Positions 27,032 through 36,832 of a stretch of 64,000 nt of DNA are shown piece by piece. The first letter of the stretch is position 1. Each line of letters starts with the position of its first letter. Below the pieces are notes generated by a model. That model worked only from the letters and a program-made list of their open reading frames with translations. It did not search any database and had not been told where the DNA came from. Source of the DNA: a virus (taxonomy: Duplodnaviria; Caudoviricetes); the IMG/VR virus record IMGVR_UViG_3300031555_006395, positions 1-64,000 of that record. One strand, given 5' to 3'. Position numbers and translations under genes: made by a program.

Positions 27032-29737
27032 TCAGGCTTTAGCGGAGATTCTTACCTGTCCACCAATTCTTCTCCTGGTGGCTTCGTTATTGGCTTTATA
27101 GAACTTTCGGTGTTTTGTATAACAATCTGGGCAAAGATCTTTTTGTCTGGCCGACGGATATACAGCAAATGTCTTACCACACATATGACAAACCGCTTCA
27201 CCTTTAACTCGTTCTAGATTAGAGATTTGATGATCCAAAGCGACATCACCGAAGCATTCAAAAAACACAGTTTTATTTTTTGTATTACGTTTCTCAAATA
27301 GATAACGCACCAAGACATCAACGATAAAATCGATATCCTTATACTTCTCAACGATCTCTTTACGAATTTGGCCATATACAAAAGAATAATTATTGCGCTC
27401 AGCATCACCGGTATAGAAATAAGATTTTACGGTTCTCGCATATTTTGAATAATCCTCTATCAAACTTTTCGCTAATCGAGTATTCATTCTGACTTTAGGA
27501 TTTTTCATTAATGTTGTGTGATCAAATGGACCGAGAAGATCAGCTGAAAAATAAAACTTATTTTTACCGATAATCCTTCTCATTCGATTAACAACACTGT
27601 CGTTGATTTGTTCGACCTGACTTTCGGTTTTCCCTTTAGCCTCAACAAAAAACACAGGTAACTTCGACTTACCATAATTAGCAAACCGCTGTTCAAGCTC
27701 CGGCGGGCGAACAGGCTTGTATAACGTCTTGGCGTAATCGATTACGAAGTTATTTTCCATACAAAGAAGTTTAATTATCTCAAGATCTGGTTCGTTGCTG
27801 TTCCAGATCTTCGTTATCTTATTACTGATTTCGCCAATATTACCACCTGTGTATGCAGCAATTAAACCGTTATAAATAACTGAGGGGGTAATAACCTGAG
27901 ATCCGGCTTTAGCCATATTGTAAAATAGGGGGACAATACCGTTCATATTACGTTCGGCGACAGACACAAAAGTTTCATCTGCACATACCAAACTCTTATC
28001 GCCATCATTATCGAATTGCAGCATTTTTGATATTAAATCGTGGCAACTTGTATAGATCCCTTTCGTAACAAACCATTTTCTATACTCCGCAGCCCTTTCT
28101 GTAGCCGCAATATTGGGACGAACAGCATGTTCACGATATAAATGGGGGCTTCTGAGACAATCAAGTTTTGCGTTTTTTCTAAATAAATCGCAGAAAACCT
28201 CGTCATTTTGAAGTAAACCACTTGGGTTTTTCTCGTTTTTAAATAAAAACTGGCAAAAGGCGAACAAATCGGGGATTAAAAACGTATAAACGCCTTTAAT
28301 ATCAATTTCACCGGCATAAGACTTACTTTCAATGCTATCACGTAACGACTTTATTACATTAGCAACATATGGATCCTGCAGGAGTCGCCAATCATTCGAC
28401 AACATCTGTTGCAAAGGGTTTAATTTTTTCCCTGGCTTAACACCGAAAACATTTAGCATCATCTGATAATCCCGACTGAGGCGGCAAAGCTTGTCTTTTG
28501 TCTTTGCGCAAACTGCAGTTAATTCTTCATCGGTAAAATCAGTTAATGTCTGAATCATCTGATAATTTAGGGTGGCGTAATCAAAGTCGTCCTCTTCATT
28601 GCATTTGCCAGCTTGACAGTTGTATTGCTCGTAATATTCGATGTACTGTTCCCAGCTCTCATAATACATCCACATTTTAAACTGGCTTTTGGTGAAGATA
28701 ACCTCAATTCCTTCTTCTAAAATGCGATGCTCTTTTCCGTAAATGTCTTTTACAACAACATCTTCTCCGCAATATTCAGAAATAAAATGATCGAAAGGGA
28801 AGACCGCCAATAGACCTTTTACCCACGGTAAACGAACCATCATATTAACGTTATTTACGCGAGGCAACATCATTCCACACCCATCGGTATGAGTAATCGG
28901 TACGTCCATCATGCGACGTTCTATCCGATATGTCTTATCGTCTATGAAATCCACAAGTCCATTTACATTTGTTTCAAAATCGTCTACAACAATAGATTTA
29001 TGTATATCAAAGCTCTCCCACACATCTGTGGCGCTATTACACAACGCAAGATATGCTAAGTACTTATTGACGTTTACTCCGCCGGCGGCGTTTATTTTAT
29101 CTAGCGTTAGTCCACACATTAGAGTATTTTGATGTTTTTCCCACAGGCTCTCACGAATAAACACCGTCTTCTTCGTACGAATCTGGCCGGCCGATGCTGT
29201 TAAGCAAATGTATTTTTCATCCCTCAAATAAAATCCGTTTTCAATAATGTCTTTTAATATAGGGAAATAATAAGCCCTAACAATAATAATATCCTCACTT
29301 AACTCCCCAGTCTGCATCTGTAACGTACGTGTTAGAAATGATTCGAAAATCGAAACCACATTCGTAACCTTCAAATGGAACTCACTAAGTTTTCTTATTT
29401 CATGATTCATAGGGAAAAGCTCGAACATTCTCTTCTTTTTACTATTGATACTTGCATTTAAAGCTTTTACAGCTGCCGGTATACCATCGACAATTTTTTG
29501 AATTTCGTCCGGCGAAGGGAAAGGGTCGTCTTTCATTAAATGCAAACATGCTTTTATTTGCTTCTCTACTCTTTTGGTTGGTTTCATCTGATACCTTCCC
29601 CACAGAGCGGCCAACTCTTTAATACGAGATTTTTCTCCTCGATCTAAACTCATCGAAATCGCAGTATATCTTTCGTCAGCAGTGTAAAATGCGCTAGTAT
29701 CAACACTATAGATATTTACCTGTCGATCTAAAGCTAT
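27032..29737 (-). CDS. yonO: YonO-type single-subunit RNA polymerase (RdRP-like double-psi fold), probable ATA start
   Basis: Catalytic FDNDGD, LRSPHLYREH, HTDGCGM; the conserved N-terminal IYSVDTSAFY lies upstream of the track ATG and is reached from ATA 29737. Confidence 0.9.
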   Translation of the reverse strand: MALDRQVNIYSVDTSAFYTADERYTAISMSLDRGEKSRIKELAALWGRYQMKPTKRVEKQIKACLHLMKDDPFPSPDEIQKIVDGIPAAVKALNASINSKKKRMFELFPMNHEIRKLSEFHLKVTNVVSIFESFLTRTLQMQTGELSEDIIIVRAYYFPILKDIIENGFYLRDEKYICLTASAGQIRTKKTVFIRESLWEKHQNTLMCGLTLDKINAAGGVNVNKYLAYLALCNSATDVWESFDIHKSIVVDDFETNVNGLVDFIDDKTYRIERRMMDVPITHTDGCGMMLPRVNNVNMMVRLPWVKGLLAVFPFDHFISEYCGEDVVVKDIYGKEHRILEEGIEVIFTKSQFKMWMYYESWEQYIEYYEQYNCQAGKCNEEDDFDYATLNYQMIQTLTDFTDEELTAVCAKTKDKLCRLSRDYQMMLNVFGVKPGKKLNPLQQMLSNDWRLLQDPYVANVIKSLRDSIESKSYAGEIDIKGVYTFLIPDLFAFCQFLFKNEKNPSGLLQNDEVFCDLFRKNAKLDCLRSPHLYREHAVRPNIAATERAAEYRKWFVTKGIYTSCHDLISKMLQFDNDGDKSLVCADETFVSVAERNMNGIVPLFYNMAKAGSQVITPSVIYNGLIAAYTGGNIGEISNKITKIWNSNEPDLEIIKLLCMENNFVIDYAKTLYKPVRPPELEQRFANYGKSKLPVFFVEAKGKTESQVEQINDSVVNRMRRIIGKNKFYFSADLLGPFDHTTLMKNPKVRMNTRLAKSLIEDYSKYARTVKSYFYTGDAERNNYSFVYGQIRKEIVEKYKDIDFIVDVLVRYLFEKRNTKNKTVFFECFGDVALDHQISNLERVKGEAVCHMCGKTFAVYPSARQKDLCPDCYTKHRKFYKANNEATRRRIGGQVRISAKA

Positions 29738-29931
29738 TGTTCTCCGCCCCTTTACATAAAGCTAACAGAACAATAATCATCGATCATCTCGATTAATGTA
29801 TCCATACAATCAGGGCAAAGGTTCAGCTGATATATATTTCCATCGTAACGACTGCCATAAGGCATCTGAAACTCAATCTCGGTTACGGTATATTCTTTAT
29901 GTGCTTTTCCGCACAGGTTACATACTTTCAA

Positions 29932-30363
29932 TTAACTCTCTCCATTATTTAAATCTATTTGTTCATGGGCAAACCCATCCGGTGTCGAATAAAAAATGTT
30001 TTTGATCCCCAAGTCAGATATGGCTTTCATGCATCCTGCGCAGGGGCGAGCGTAAGATCTGTCGCCATTCTTTAATTTCCTATACACATATATTTCCGCT
30101 TTACTCCAATCGACATCTAAATGTTTGGCGGAAGATATGGCGGCAATTTCTGCGTGTAAGGAATGGGGGGTAGTGTCATACTCTTCAAAGCATCTACAGC
30201 GATTGTAAGCTTTTTGGAGTGGGGAAGTTTTGTGGGAGTTAAACCCAGTGGCAATGACATTTTTCCCGTAGCCAATTACACATCCAACATGTGTACGTCC
30301 ATAATCGGACAAATCCGACATTTTGTCGGCGAATTTAAAAAAACGTTTTCTTCTACTGTTCAC
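29932..30363 (-). CDS. Zn-dependent cytidine/dCMP-type deaminase
   Basis: HAE and PCAGC motifs. Confidence 0.85.
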   Translation of the reverse strand: MNSRRKRFFKFADKMSDLSDYGRTHVGCVIGYGKNVIATGFNSHKTSPLQKAYNRCRCFEEYDTTPHSLHAEIAAISSAKHLDVDWSKAEIYVYRKLKNGDRSYARPCAGCMKAISDLGIKNIFYSTPDGFAHEQIDLNNGES

Positions 30364-30682
30364 AAATTCTAATTAGTTGGTAGCCTGTACTGTGTTTTAG
30401 TACGCAGCAGGGTATAAACTGTAAAACATCAAGCATTGCTCTGACTGATGAAATAAAAACGCATCCGGTGTCATATAAACAATCGACAGCATCGAATACT
30501 GACAAATAATGATAGTACGCAATTTCATTTAAACTATCGAGATAGTAAAGAGAGGAAGGATCCTCATTTGATATACAACGCCAAGATTCTAATAATACCT
30601 TAATTTCATTGTCATTTACAGGCTCATACCGCTCTCCTTGTTCACCTCCATCCGTGGTTGGTAAAACCGAATTTTTACTGAT
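30353..30682 (-). CDS. Hypothetical protein, probable ATC start
   Basis: Promoter position excludes the track start at 30721; AGGAGG is followed 8 nt later by in-frame ATC. Confidence 0.55.
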   Translation of the reverse strand: MSKNSVLPTTDGGEQGERYEPVNDNEIKVLLESWRCISNEDPSSLYYLDSLNEIAYYHYLSVFDAVDCLYDTGCVFISSVRAMLDVLQFIPCCVLKHSTGYQLIRICEQ

Positions 30683-30710
30683 TGTGGTCACCTCCTTTAG
30701 GGACAATCTT

Positions 30711-30739
30711 ATTATAGACAATTGTTAAAATATTGTCAA
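30711..30739 (-). promoter_or_regulatory. sigma-A promoter
   Basis: TTGACA-N17-TATAAT. Confidence 0.8.
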
Positions 30740-30752
30740 TAATACAGAAACC

Positions 30753-31562
30753 CTACATCTTTTTCCTAGTTGTTTGAGCAAAATTTTCATTGATTTTATA
30801 AACGGTTCTACGCCCCACCTTCTCCTCGATCAATATCGGATATTCGCATCCATCATAAAAAAACACAACCTTTTTCAGATTATCTATCAAAATATCTGGA
30901 TTTTTCTCATTACTTTGAAGTAATAATGAAATCTGTTTTTTAGTTAATGGCCGGCATGAGTTAAACAGGGGTTCTTCAACATTATTACATAGCAAGTTGT
31001 TATTGGAATTTAAATAAGGAAGTAGTCGAATTATATATGCTGCGTATACCAAAGAATTTTTACTACCCAAAATTAAAGATCTTACCGAGAGTGAATATAG
31101 CTTAATGATTCGACAATCAGCACTTCGCTGCTCCTTCTTAACCCTACCTTTCATAAAATACTTCTTTATCTTAATAACGCTTGAGAATTGGGACGTTTCT
31201 ACGATTCCTTTACTGGATAACTCCCGCAGTATTTGATACGCTCTTCCTTCTGTGATATTGAGCATCTTACTCAATTTAGCCTTTGTGCATACACCATCTG
31301 CGCCTATCGTTTGATTGTAATTTACATAAGAGCCCAATACCATTGTCCTGGTTAATAGGGTGGGGGTTAGCTCTGGCATCAACGGTGTAGCCGGTAGGCA
31401 TTCAAGCCAAAAGAATTGACGGTTTTTATTTTTGAGAAAAGCCCTGGTGTTTTCATTAATTACTTTTCTATCCGGAACGCGATCGGTTGTTCCGATTACT
31501 TCCCCATCAGTATTCACAATGTAGAATATGTTTTGTTTTTCAGTTTTCACTTTTTCCTCCAT
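30753..31562 (-). CDS. HTH DNA-binding protein, possible replication initiator
   Basis: TKAKLSKMLNITEGRAYQILRELSSKG helix-turn-helix; adjacent to a long non-coding region. Confidence 0.5.
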   Translation of the reverse strand: MEEKVKTEKQNIFYIVNTDGEVIGTTDRVPDRKVINENTRAFLKNKNRQFFWLECLPATPLMPELTPTLLTRTMVLGSYVNYNQTIGADGVCTKAKLSKMLNITEGRAYQILRELSSKGIVETSQFSSVIKIKKYFMKGRVKKEQRSADCRIIKLYSLSVRSLILGSKNSLVYAAYIIRLLPYLNSNNNLLCNNVEEPLFNSCRPLTKKQISLLLQSNEKNPDILIDNLKKVVFFYDGCEYPILIEEKVGRRTVYKINENFAQTTRKKM

Positions 31563-32142
31563 TAGAGCAAATTACAAACGTATTATTTTCAAAAAATACC
31601 GAAAAACCGCATCAGAATGCCATTTTTTAAGGTTTTTTGAAAAACAAAAACTCAAAAAAATATTTTGACTTAATTTCCCTATAGTTATTGGGTCTAGAAG
31701 GCAAAATGTCCAAAATGTAGTTCATTATATTCTTATGGAAAAAACTTGCCACTGGCAACTTTTTCCCAAAGCATATAATGCCTATAGTTACTGGGATGAA
31801 ATAATGGTTAGCTTCAGCTATCGCTTCGCCTCGGAGCAAAAGAGTATCGTTTTTTAAAATTTAAAAAAAAAGAAAAAGCAAACGAGCGTCAGCGAAGTGC
31901 GCAGAGCGCCAGCGCTACTAACTATTAGTATCGTTAAACTTTTGTGTATCGGCTGGCTATTTATAGAGCGACGCCTATACACACATTAATAGAATTTCAG
32001 TCAGGCGACAGTTTATAGCTAGTACAGGATTTTTTTATTTTTTTAGGCTTGAGATCGCCACAGGATTCCTCGGAGTTGGTTGCAATCAGATCGAAAGCCG
32101 CGCTGTCGCCGAGCTCCGCCAAAGGCGTCGCTCATTATTATA
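31563..32142. other. Non-coding region, candidate replication origin/control region
   Basis: A/T tracts interspersed with GC-rich GAGCGTCAGCGAAGTGCGCAGAGCG-type motifs; no credible ORF. Confidence 0.35.
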
Positions 32143-33018
32143 TTATTTTTTAATTTGATTAAGCTTAGCTGATACGTATTGGCTAAGAACTTCAAATCCA
32201 AGGTTATGATTCAGATATACAGATTTAATGACATCATTGGTGTAGCCGGCATATCTCAAAGTAATATCTGCTTTGGAATGACCAAAGATCTTTTGGAGGA
32301 GTTCAACGCTGTTGTAATGCTTTTCGAGGCCATCTACGGTATTAGCATTAGCAAGTACATGATATCCAAAAGTCTTTCTGAAACAGTGGGTACCAAATCT
32401 TCCTTCAATATTTAACTTGTACGCAGCCTTTTTAATAACATCTTCAGCAGCTCTTCTTGTCATTGGCTTTTGGATTGTAACAGTATTGCCATTCGGATCC
32501 TCAAAATCAATTGTGGGTGCATTCTTACTTTCACTTACAAACAGGTAATCATCATAGCTTTTACCGTTTGTATTAGACAGATAAATCTGAATGGCGAGTT
32601 TGGCTGCCTTATTAATGTAAACATGCCGGTTGGTTGTATGTTTACGAGTATTTGCGGTTTTACGCTCGACCAGGACGAGCTTCTCTCTAAACTGTTTAGT
32701 TTGAGGGTCAATAACGTCTTTAAATCGAATATTTGATAAATCAGAGAAGCGAAGTCCGAAATTGATTCCTAAGACCAGGAGCATCATATTCCGGTACTGG
32801 CCATTAGAAAGAAAATAAGAGATCAGACTGTTAATATCAGAAACGTTTTTAATGGGAGTAGCATCGTGCTCTTCAGCTGCTTCTAACGGATCATAAATAA
32901 GGGAAGGGGAGAGATTTGATTGAGAGTCTTGTAAAAGCGTTAACGGATCAAACCCTTTGGCGGCCGCCATTTGAGAGAAAAGATCTAAAAAGACCGGACT
33001 ATACGTAAATGTATTCAT
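32143..33018 (-). CDS. Tyrosine recombinase, catalytic residues intact
   Basis: FGLRFSD (R), THCFRK (HxxR), FGHS...LRY (H, Y). Confidence 0.9.
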   Translation of the reverse strand: MNTFTYSPVFLDLFSQMAAAKGFDPLTLLQDSQSNLSPSLIYDPLEAAEEHDATPIKNVSDINSLISYFLSNGQYRNMMLLVLGINFGLRFSDLSNIRFKDVIDPQTKQFREKLVLVERKTANTRKHTTNRHVYINKAAKLAIQIYLSNTNGKSYDDYLFVSESKNAPTIDFEDPNGNTVTIQKPMTRRAAEDVIKKAAYKLNIEGRFGTHCFRKTFGYHVLANANTVDGLEKHYNSVELLQKIFGHSKADITLRYAGYTNDVIKSVYLNHNLGFEVLSQYVSAKLNQIKK

Positions 33019-33056
33019 AATTAACCTCCATTAATTTTATTTTTCATTGTAGAAAA

Positions 33057-33085
33057 ATTATACCATGGAGACCAAATTCTGTTAA
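33057..33085 (-). promoter_or_regulatory. sigma-A promoter for the recombinase
   Basis: TTAACA-N17-TATAAT with TG extension. Confidence 0.65.
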
Positions 33086-33322
33086 GAGTTTAGAAAGGTT
33101 GAAGTTTAGGAAGTTAATTGTGGACCAGGATGCAGAAGTTAAGGAGAGAGCAGAAGAATAAAAAGAGAGAAAGGGTAGGGTAGAAATGAAAAATGACGTA
33201 TAGGAAAATTTGGCGACATATCCTATTTCTAAAAAAGACGAATTGTCAAAAAATGTAAAATACGCCCGTCTTTATCGCTTTAGCACTTTAGCGCAGTAAC
33301 TTCCGCATTTGGGGGAAGAGGA

Positions 33323-33353
33323 TGTCTGGCACATGTCCAAAGCGTGTCAGACA
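33323..33353. repeat. 10-bp imperfect inverted repeat in the strand-switch region
   Basis: TGTCTGGCAC-N11-GTGTCAGACA (9/10 match). Confidence 0.55.
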
Positions 33354-33484
33354 AACCGCTGTAAAATTTTGGCAAAATGGGAAAAGTTGGAAAAAATGAA
33401 AAATGGCTTTCAACGATAGTAAATATGTTTACTAAAGCCAGAAAATGTGGTTTTTGATACTATATTTGATAGTCCTGGACACTA

Positions 33485-33673
33485 TCATTCCCAGTTTATT
33501 TCACCATTTAAATCTTTCTTTACCAATTTCTGGAAATACGCTGCCATACTCAAATCAAGTTCCTTTGCACGACTCTGAATAGCCTCTTTTTGTCCTTTTT
33601 TGACTCTGAAACGTATTTCTTCTAAAAATTTTTTCTGATATTCAATGGTATATTTTGTGCTATCAAACGGCAT
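33485..33673 (-). CDS. Ribbon-helix-helix DNA-binding protein
   Basis: IRFRVKKGQKEAIQSRAKELDLSMAAYFQKLV pattern; GAGGTG site. Confidence 0.7.
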   Translation of the reverse strand: MPFDSTKYTIEYQKKFLEEIRFRVKKGQKEAIQSRAKELDLSMAAYFQKLVKKDLNGEINWE

Positions 33674-33751
33674 TTTCTCACCTCTACCACTATATATTGT
33701 ATAGTCAATATTGTTCGTTATAAAAATATCAATTTGTTACCATTCTGTAAC

Positions 33752-33780
33752 TTTACAATAGCGCACTATGGGTATATACT
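33752..33780 (+). promoter_or_regulatory. sigma-A promoter starting the rightward early arm
   Basis: TTTACA-N17-TATACT. Confidence 0.7.
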
Positions 33781-33912
33781 GTAATCACAGGGAACGGTAG
33801 AGCGGTCGCCGCTGCACAGCATAGACCGAAAGCAAGTTCCTCACCCAATATCCGAAACCTCTCCAAGCGGTCGGTGTGCCCGTAAAGCTTGCGACGTAGT
33901 CACCCTCTATCA

Positions 33913-33928
33913 CCTTGAAAACTGAACA
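33913..33928 (+). promoter_or_regulatory. boxA-like element
   Basis: CCTTGAAAACTGAACA resembles the Firmicute rrn-leader CTTTGAAAACT element; variants at 35045 and 35729. Confidence 0.45.
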
Positions 33929-34332
33929 CAATCCGCCATTGTGATATCGCCGTGATTGCGGGTTTAGATTCCGTCTGACAAGCGGATAAACGGCAAACGG
34001 TTTAAGGGTTTAACCGCCGGCTTACAGTAAAGGACAAGTGTCTGAGCATGGAAAAAACCCGCTGTATGCGAAACGTCTAAAAAATGACGATGCCTTGCAG
34101 ACTCTGCAAATTTGCAAGGATAAGGCGGAACTGTGGACGGCAGCAGGACAACGCAAAAGGAAAGTCAGGCGGACCATGCCGGAAAGGAGTGATAAAATTT
34201 GCAGTAAAAGCATAGGTTCACACCCGCTTGAATTTTGCGTTTTAGTGTGCATCGACCAAGCGCACAAGGGACTTGTGCGTTTGGATGGGTGCATACCCAA
34301 ATTATATTCAAAAAATGAAAGGATGTCAAATC

Positions 34333-34875
34333 ATGAAAGCAAATTTTAACGAGAAAACTATGTCCGCCATTCTGTCCGTATCCGCCGAGAATTACAAAGG
34401 CTTTTCTAAAGCCGAGGACTTAAAGCCTATGCTGAAAGCTGCCCGCAAATTGTGGGAACAAGGTCTCCGTCTGGCAACTGCGAAACCCGACAAAGCAGAC
34501 GCCATGTATGAACGTTTCACCGAAAAAGCCGCCGCATTTTTCGAAACCGTCTGCGATTCTGTCACCCTGTCGCCGGTGGATTATGTATCCATTTATTCTC
34601 TCATGGGCATCCGTTTTGGAACGTCTAAAGGCGAAGGCGCGCTGCGGTACAATTCCGAATCCACGTTCAAAAAGTCTATCATGGAATACACCTTACGTGC
34701 ATACGCCGGCGATTCTATGGTATCGGTGAAAGAGTCTGACCAGAAAAAACTGGATGGCAAAAAAGCAAAAGACTGCAAGTCCGTCAGAATCCCCATGGAA
34801 GAAGTGCTGCGGTTCCAGAATATGACCATCGAAGAAAAAGCTGCCTTCATGGACAAATATTTCACCGCTGCCTAA
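34333..34875 (+). CDS. First early-arm hypothetical protein
   Basis: AAAGGA site, strongly biased codons. Confidence 0.75.
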   Translation: MKANFNEKTMSAILSVSAENYKGFSKAEDLKPMLKAARKLWEQGLRLATAKPDKADAMYERFTEKAAAFFETVCDSVTLSPVDYVSIYSLMGIRFGTSKGEGALRYNSESTFKKSIMEYTLRAYAGDSMVSVKESDQKKLDGKKAKDCKSVRIPMEEVLRFQNMTIEEKAAFMDKYFTAA

Positions 34876-35134
34876 TCATCAATCAAATTGCAGGGCTTGT
34901 CCCTGCATGGACTCATGCAAAAGCCTCCACGTGGCGAGTCTGGATATCCAACTAATTTTGCAAATAAAGCAGTCCCAATGTCAAAATGGGCATCGAATCA
35001 ATTTGGATTCCATATGTTTTTGGACTTAGACGGCGGCGCTGCGATGAAAACTGAATAGGGTTCTGAACGGCATCCCGATAAAAGCCGTATCCCATGGCGC
35101 ACAATGTTGCGCCTATTATTTTGTCAAAGGAGAT

Positions 35135-35713
35135 ATGAAAATGAAAAGAGTAGTCAAAGCTATGATTTTCCGCAACGTCAATATTCATCAGGAGAATCTC
35201 GCTGCATACGCAACCGTTCTGTCTGTCTGTGATGAAGAGGATATCAAAAGCGCAGGCTATATCCCTATGAATACCCATGCAAACGGGCATCCGTATGAAT
35301 CTGGATTGCTGGAATATCACTTTATTGCGCCGAGATCCTGCAATGCCGTCAACGGATTGAATTTGGAGCATATCCCTGCGAAATCTGTCGGCATCACCCT
35401 GGCTAACTATGAATCTATGTTGCGGTACTATGGATATGAATTTGTGTGTACTGTTAAAGGTGCGCATGGGAAAAGTATCAGCACTGCGGCTGAGACAGCG
35501 ATGCAAATGATTTGGGGAATCCTTCAGGCTTTTCGAATGAAGAAACGCCCTGAATATGAAATCGCTATCACCGATAGCATGACCGGCGAAGTTTACTTTA
35601 CCATCAACAGATGGTTTGAGTCTCGCCATGATGCAGAATGTTTCTGCGCACAGCATGATTTCAGATGGATGTACGGCGATATCTGCTGCGATATGAATAT
35701 CGTTCGCAAATAA
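35135..35713 (+). CDS. Hypothetical protein
   Basis: AAGGAG site; long open frame. Confidence 0.75.
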   Translation: MKMKRVVKAMIFRNVNIHQENLAAYATVLSVCDEEDIKSAGYIPMNTHANGHPYESGLLEYHFIAPRSCNAVNGLNLEHIPAKSVGITLANYESMLRYYGYEFVCTVKGAHGKSISTAAETAMQMIWGILQAFRMKKRPEYEIAITDSMTGEVYFTINRWFESRHDAECFCAQHDFRWMYGDICCDMNIVRK

Positions 35714-35789
35714 TGCTATGCTTGCGCATTGAAAATGAATTGCTATTGATTCTGGCCAGGACTGGAACTCATAGCGATCTTTTCCGATG

Positions 35790-35815
35790 AGACCTGAGAA
35801 ATCAGGTCTTTTTTA
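35790..35815 (+). terminator. Intrinsic terminator
   Basis: AGACCTGA-GAAA-TCAGGTCT followed by a T-run. Confidence 0.8.
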
Positions 35816-35873
35816 TTGTCATCAAAGGCTCTGCGTTTCTGGAGCCTTGAAAATATCAAAGGAGTGTATCAAA

Positions 35874-36053
35874 ATGAAAATGATTCAAAAACTCATGGGT
35901 CTTGCTCTGATTGCTATGGGCGCAGCCGTTGTCGCTATGGCTATGACTTCGCCGTGTAAATGCCCTGACTGCACCGATGTAACCGCAGCCATTATGTTGA
36001 TTCCTATGGGCATCTGGCTGTTGACCAGTCGCAAGATTCTGATTCATCTGTAA
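35874..36053 (+). CDS. Small two-TM membrane protein
   Basis: Two hydrophobic helices around CKCPDC; AAGGAG site. Confidence 0.7.
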   Translation: MKMIQKLMGLALIAMGAAVVAMAMTSPCKCPDCTDVTAAIMLIPMGIWLLTSRKILIHL

Positions 36054-36277
36054 TGAAAATGAAATTGAAAGGCGTGATGAAAACGAAAGTGTATTTTATG
36101 ATGGCTTTGTATTGCATCTATCATAATGGCGGTATGTTTTTGGATAAGAATAAAAGAGGACCCGCCATGATTGAAAAAGCTTTGCATGAAACAGCCGAAG
36201 AAATGCATACTACCTATGAAAATGTATGCGCTATGATTCCCGTCAAAGAGCGGTATGAAATCCTTATGAGTATCTAA
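36053..36277 (+). CDS. Hypothetical protein
   Basis: Translationally coupled to the upstream gene. Confidence 0.6.
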   Translation: MKMKLKGVMKTKVYFMMALYCIYHNGGMFLDKNKRGPAMIEKALHETAEEMHTTYENVCAMIPVKERYEILMSI

Positions 36278-36322
36278 CTCAATCAACCGCTAAAATACAT
36301 ATGAAAAAAGGAGCAAAAAATT

Positions 36323-36715
36323 ATGAAACCTATCAATGCTGAAATCAAATCCGCCATCATCGAAATGTACAAAGAGGGCAATAACCAGAAAACGATTGCA
36401 GATCGCTATGGCGTTCATTACACTACCGTTTCCCGTCTTTTGAAAAGGGAAGGCTTGAACGACAGAACTCGCAGCCGTACCAACATGAAAACCGATGAAC
36501 CTATCGGCATCATCTGTTTGAAATGCGGTCATCGTCATCCGAATAACTTTACCTTCTGTCCTGATTGCGGCAGCCGAATGATTTTGGACAAAGACAGCGC
36601 AATCGAAGTGCTGAACAAAGTGATTACCGGCATTAACACGCCTACTGCATACATGAAAAACGATGCCGTTATGAAACTCGCCAGGGTTATTGATTTCATC
36701 AAAACGATTGAGTAG
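36323..36715 (+). CDS. HTH plus zinc-ribbon protein
   Basis: NQKTIADRYGVHYTTVSRLL helix-turn-helix; CxxC...CPDC. Confidence 0.75.
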   Translation: MKPINAEIKSAIIEMYKEGNNQKTIADRYGVHYTTVSRLLKREGLNDRTRSRTNMKTDEPIGIICLKCGHRHPNNFTFCPDCGSRMILDKDSAIEVLNKVITGINTPTAYMKNDAVMKLARVIDFIKTIE

Positions 36716-36832
36716 CGAGTAATTCAATCGCAATAATAGCGAATGAAATTAAAATGGTTTTCTGTGGGCTTGTACCTAACAAGCTCACGACCATGGCGAA
36801 AGCCTAAAAATTCTATGAAAGGAGCGATGTGT

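Noticed and set aside
33985-34030. c-di-GMP-I riboswitch suggested by GGCAAAC in the early leader
   Set aside because: The GAAA/GACGCAAAGC core and second stem are absent.
34022-34349. ORFs 34022-34300 (minus) and 34038-34349 (plus) in the leader
   Set aside because: No convincing ribosome site or recognisable motif; the region looks like a structured leader. A short real ORF cannot be excluded.
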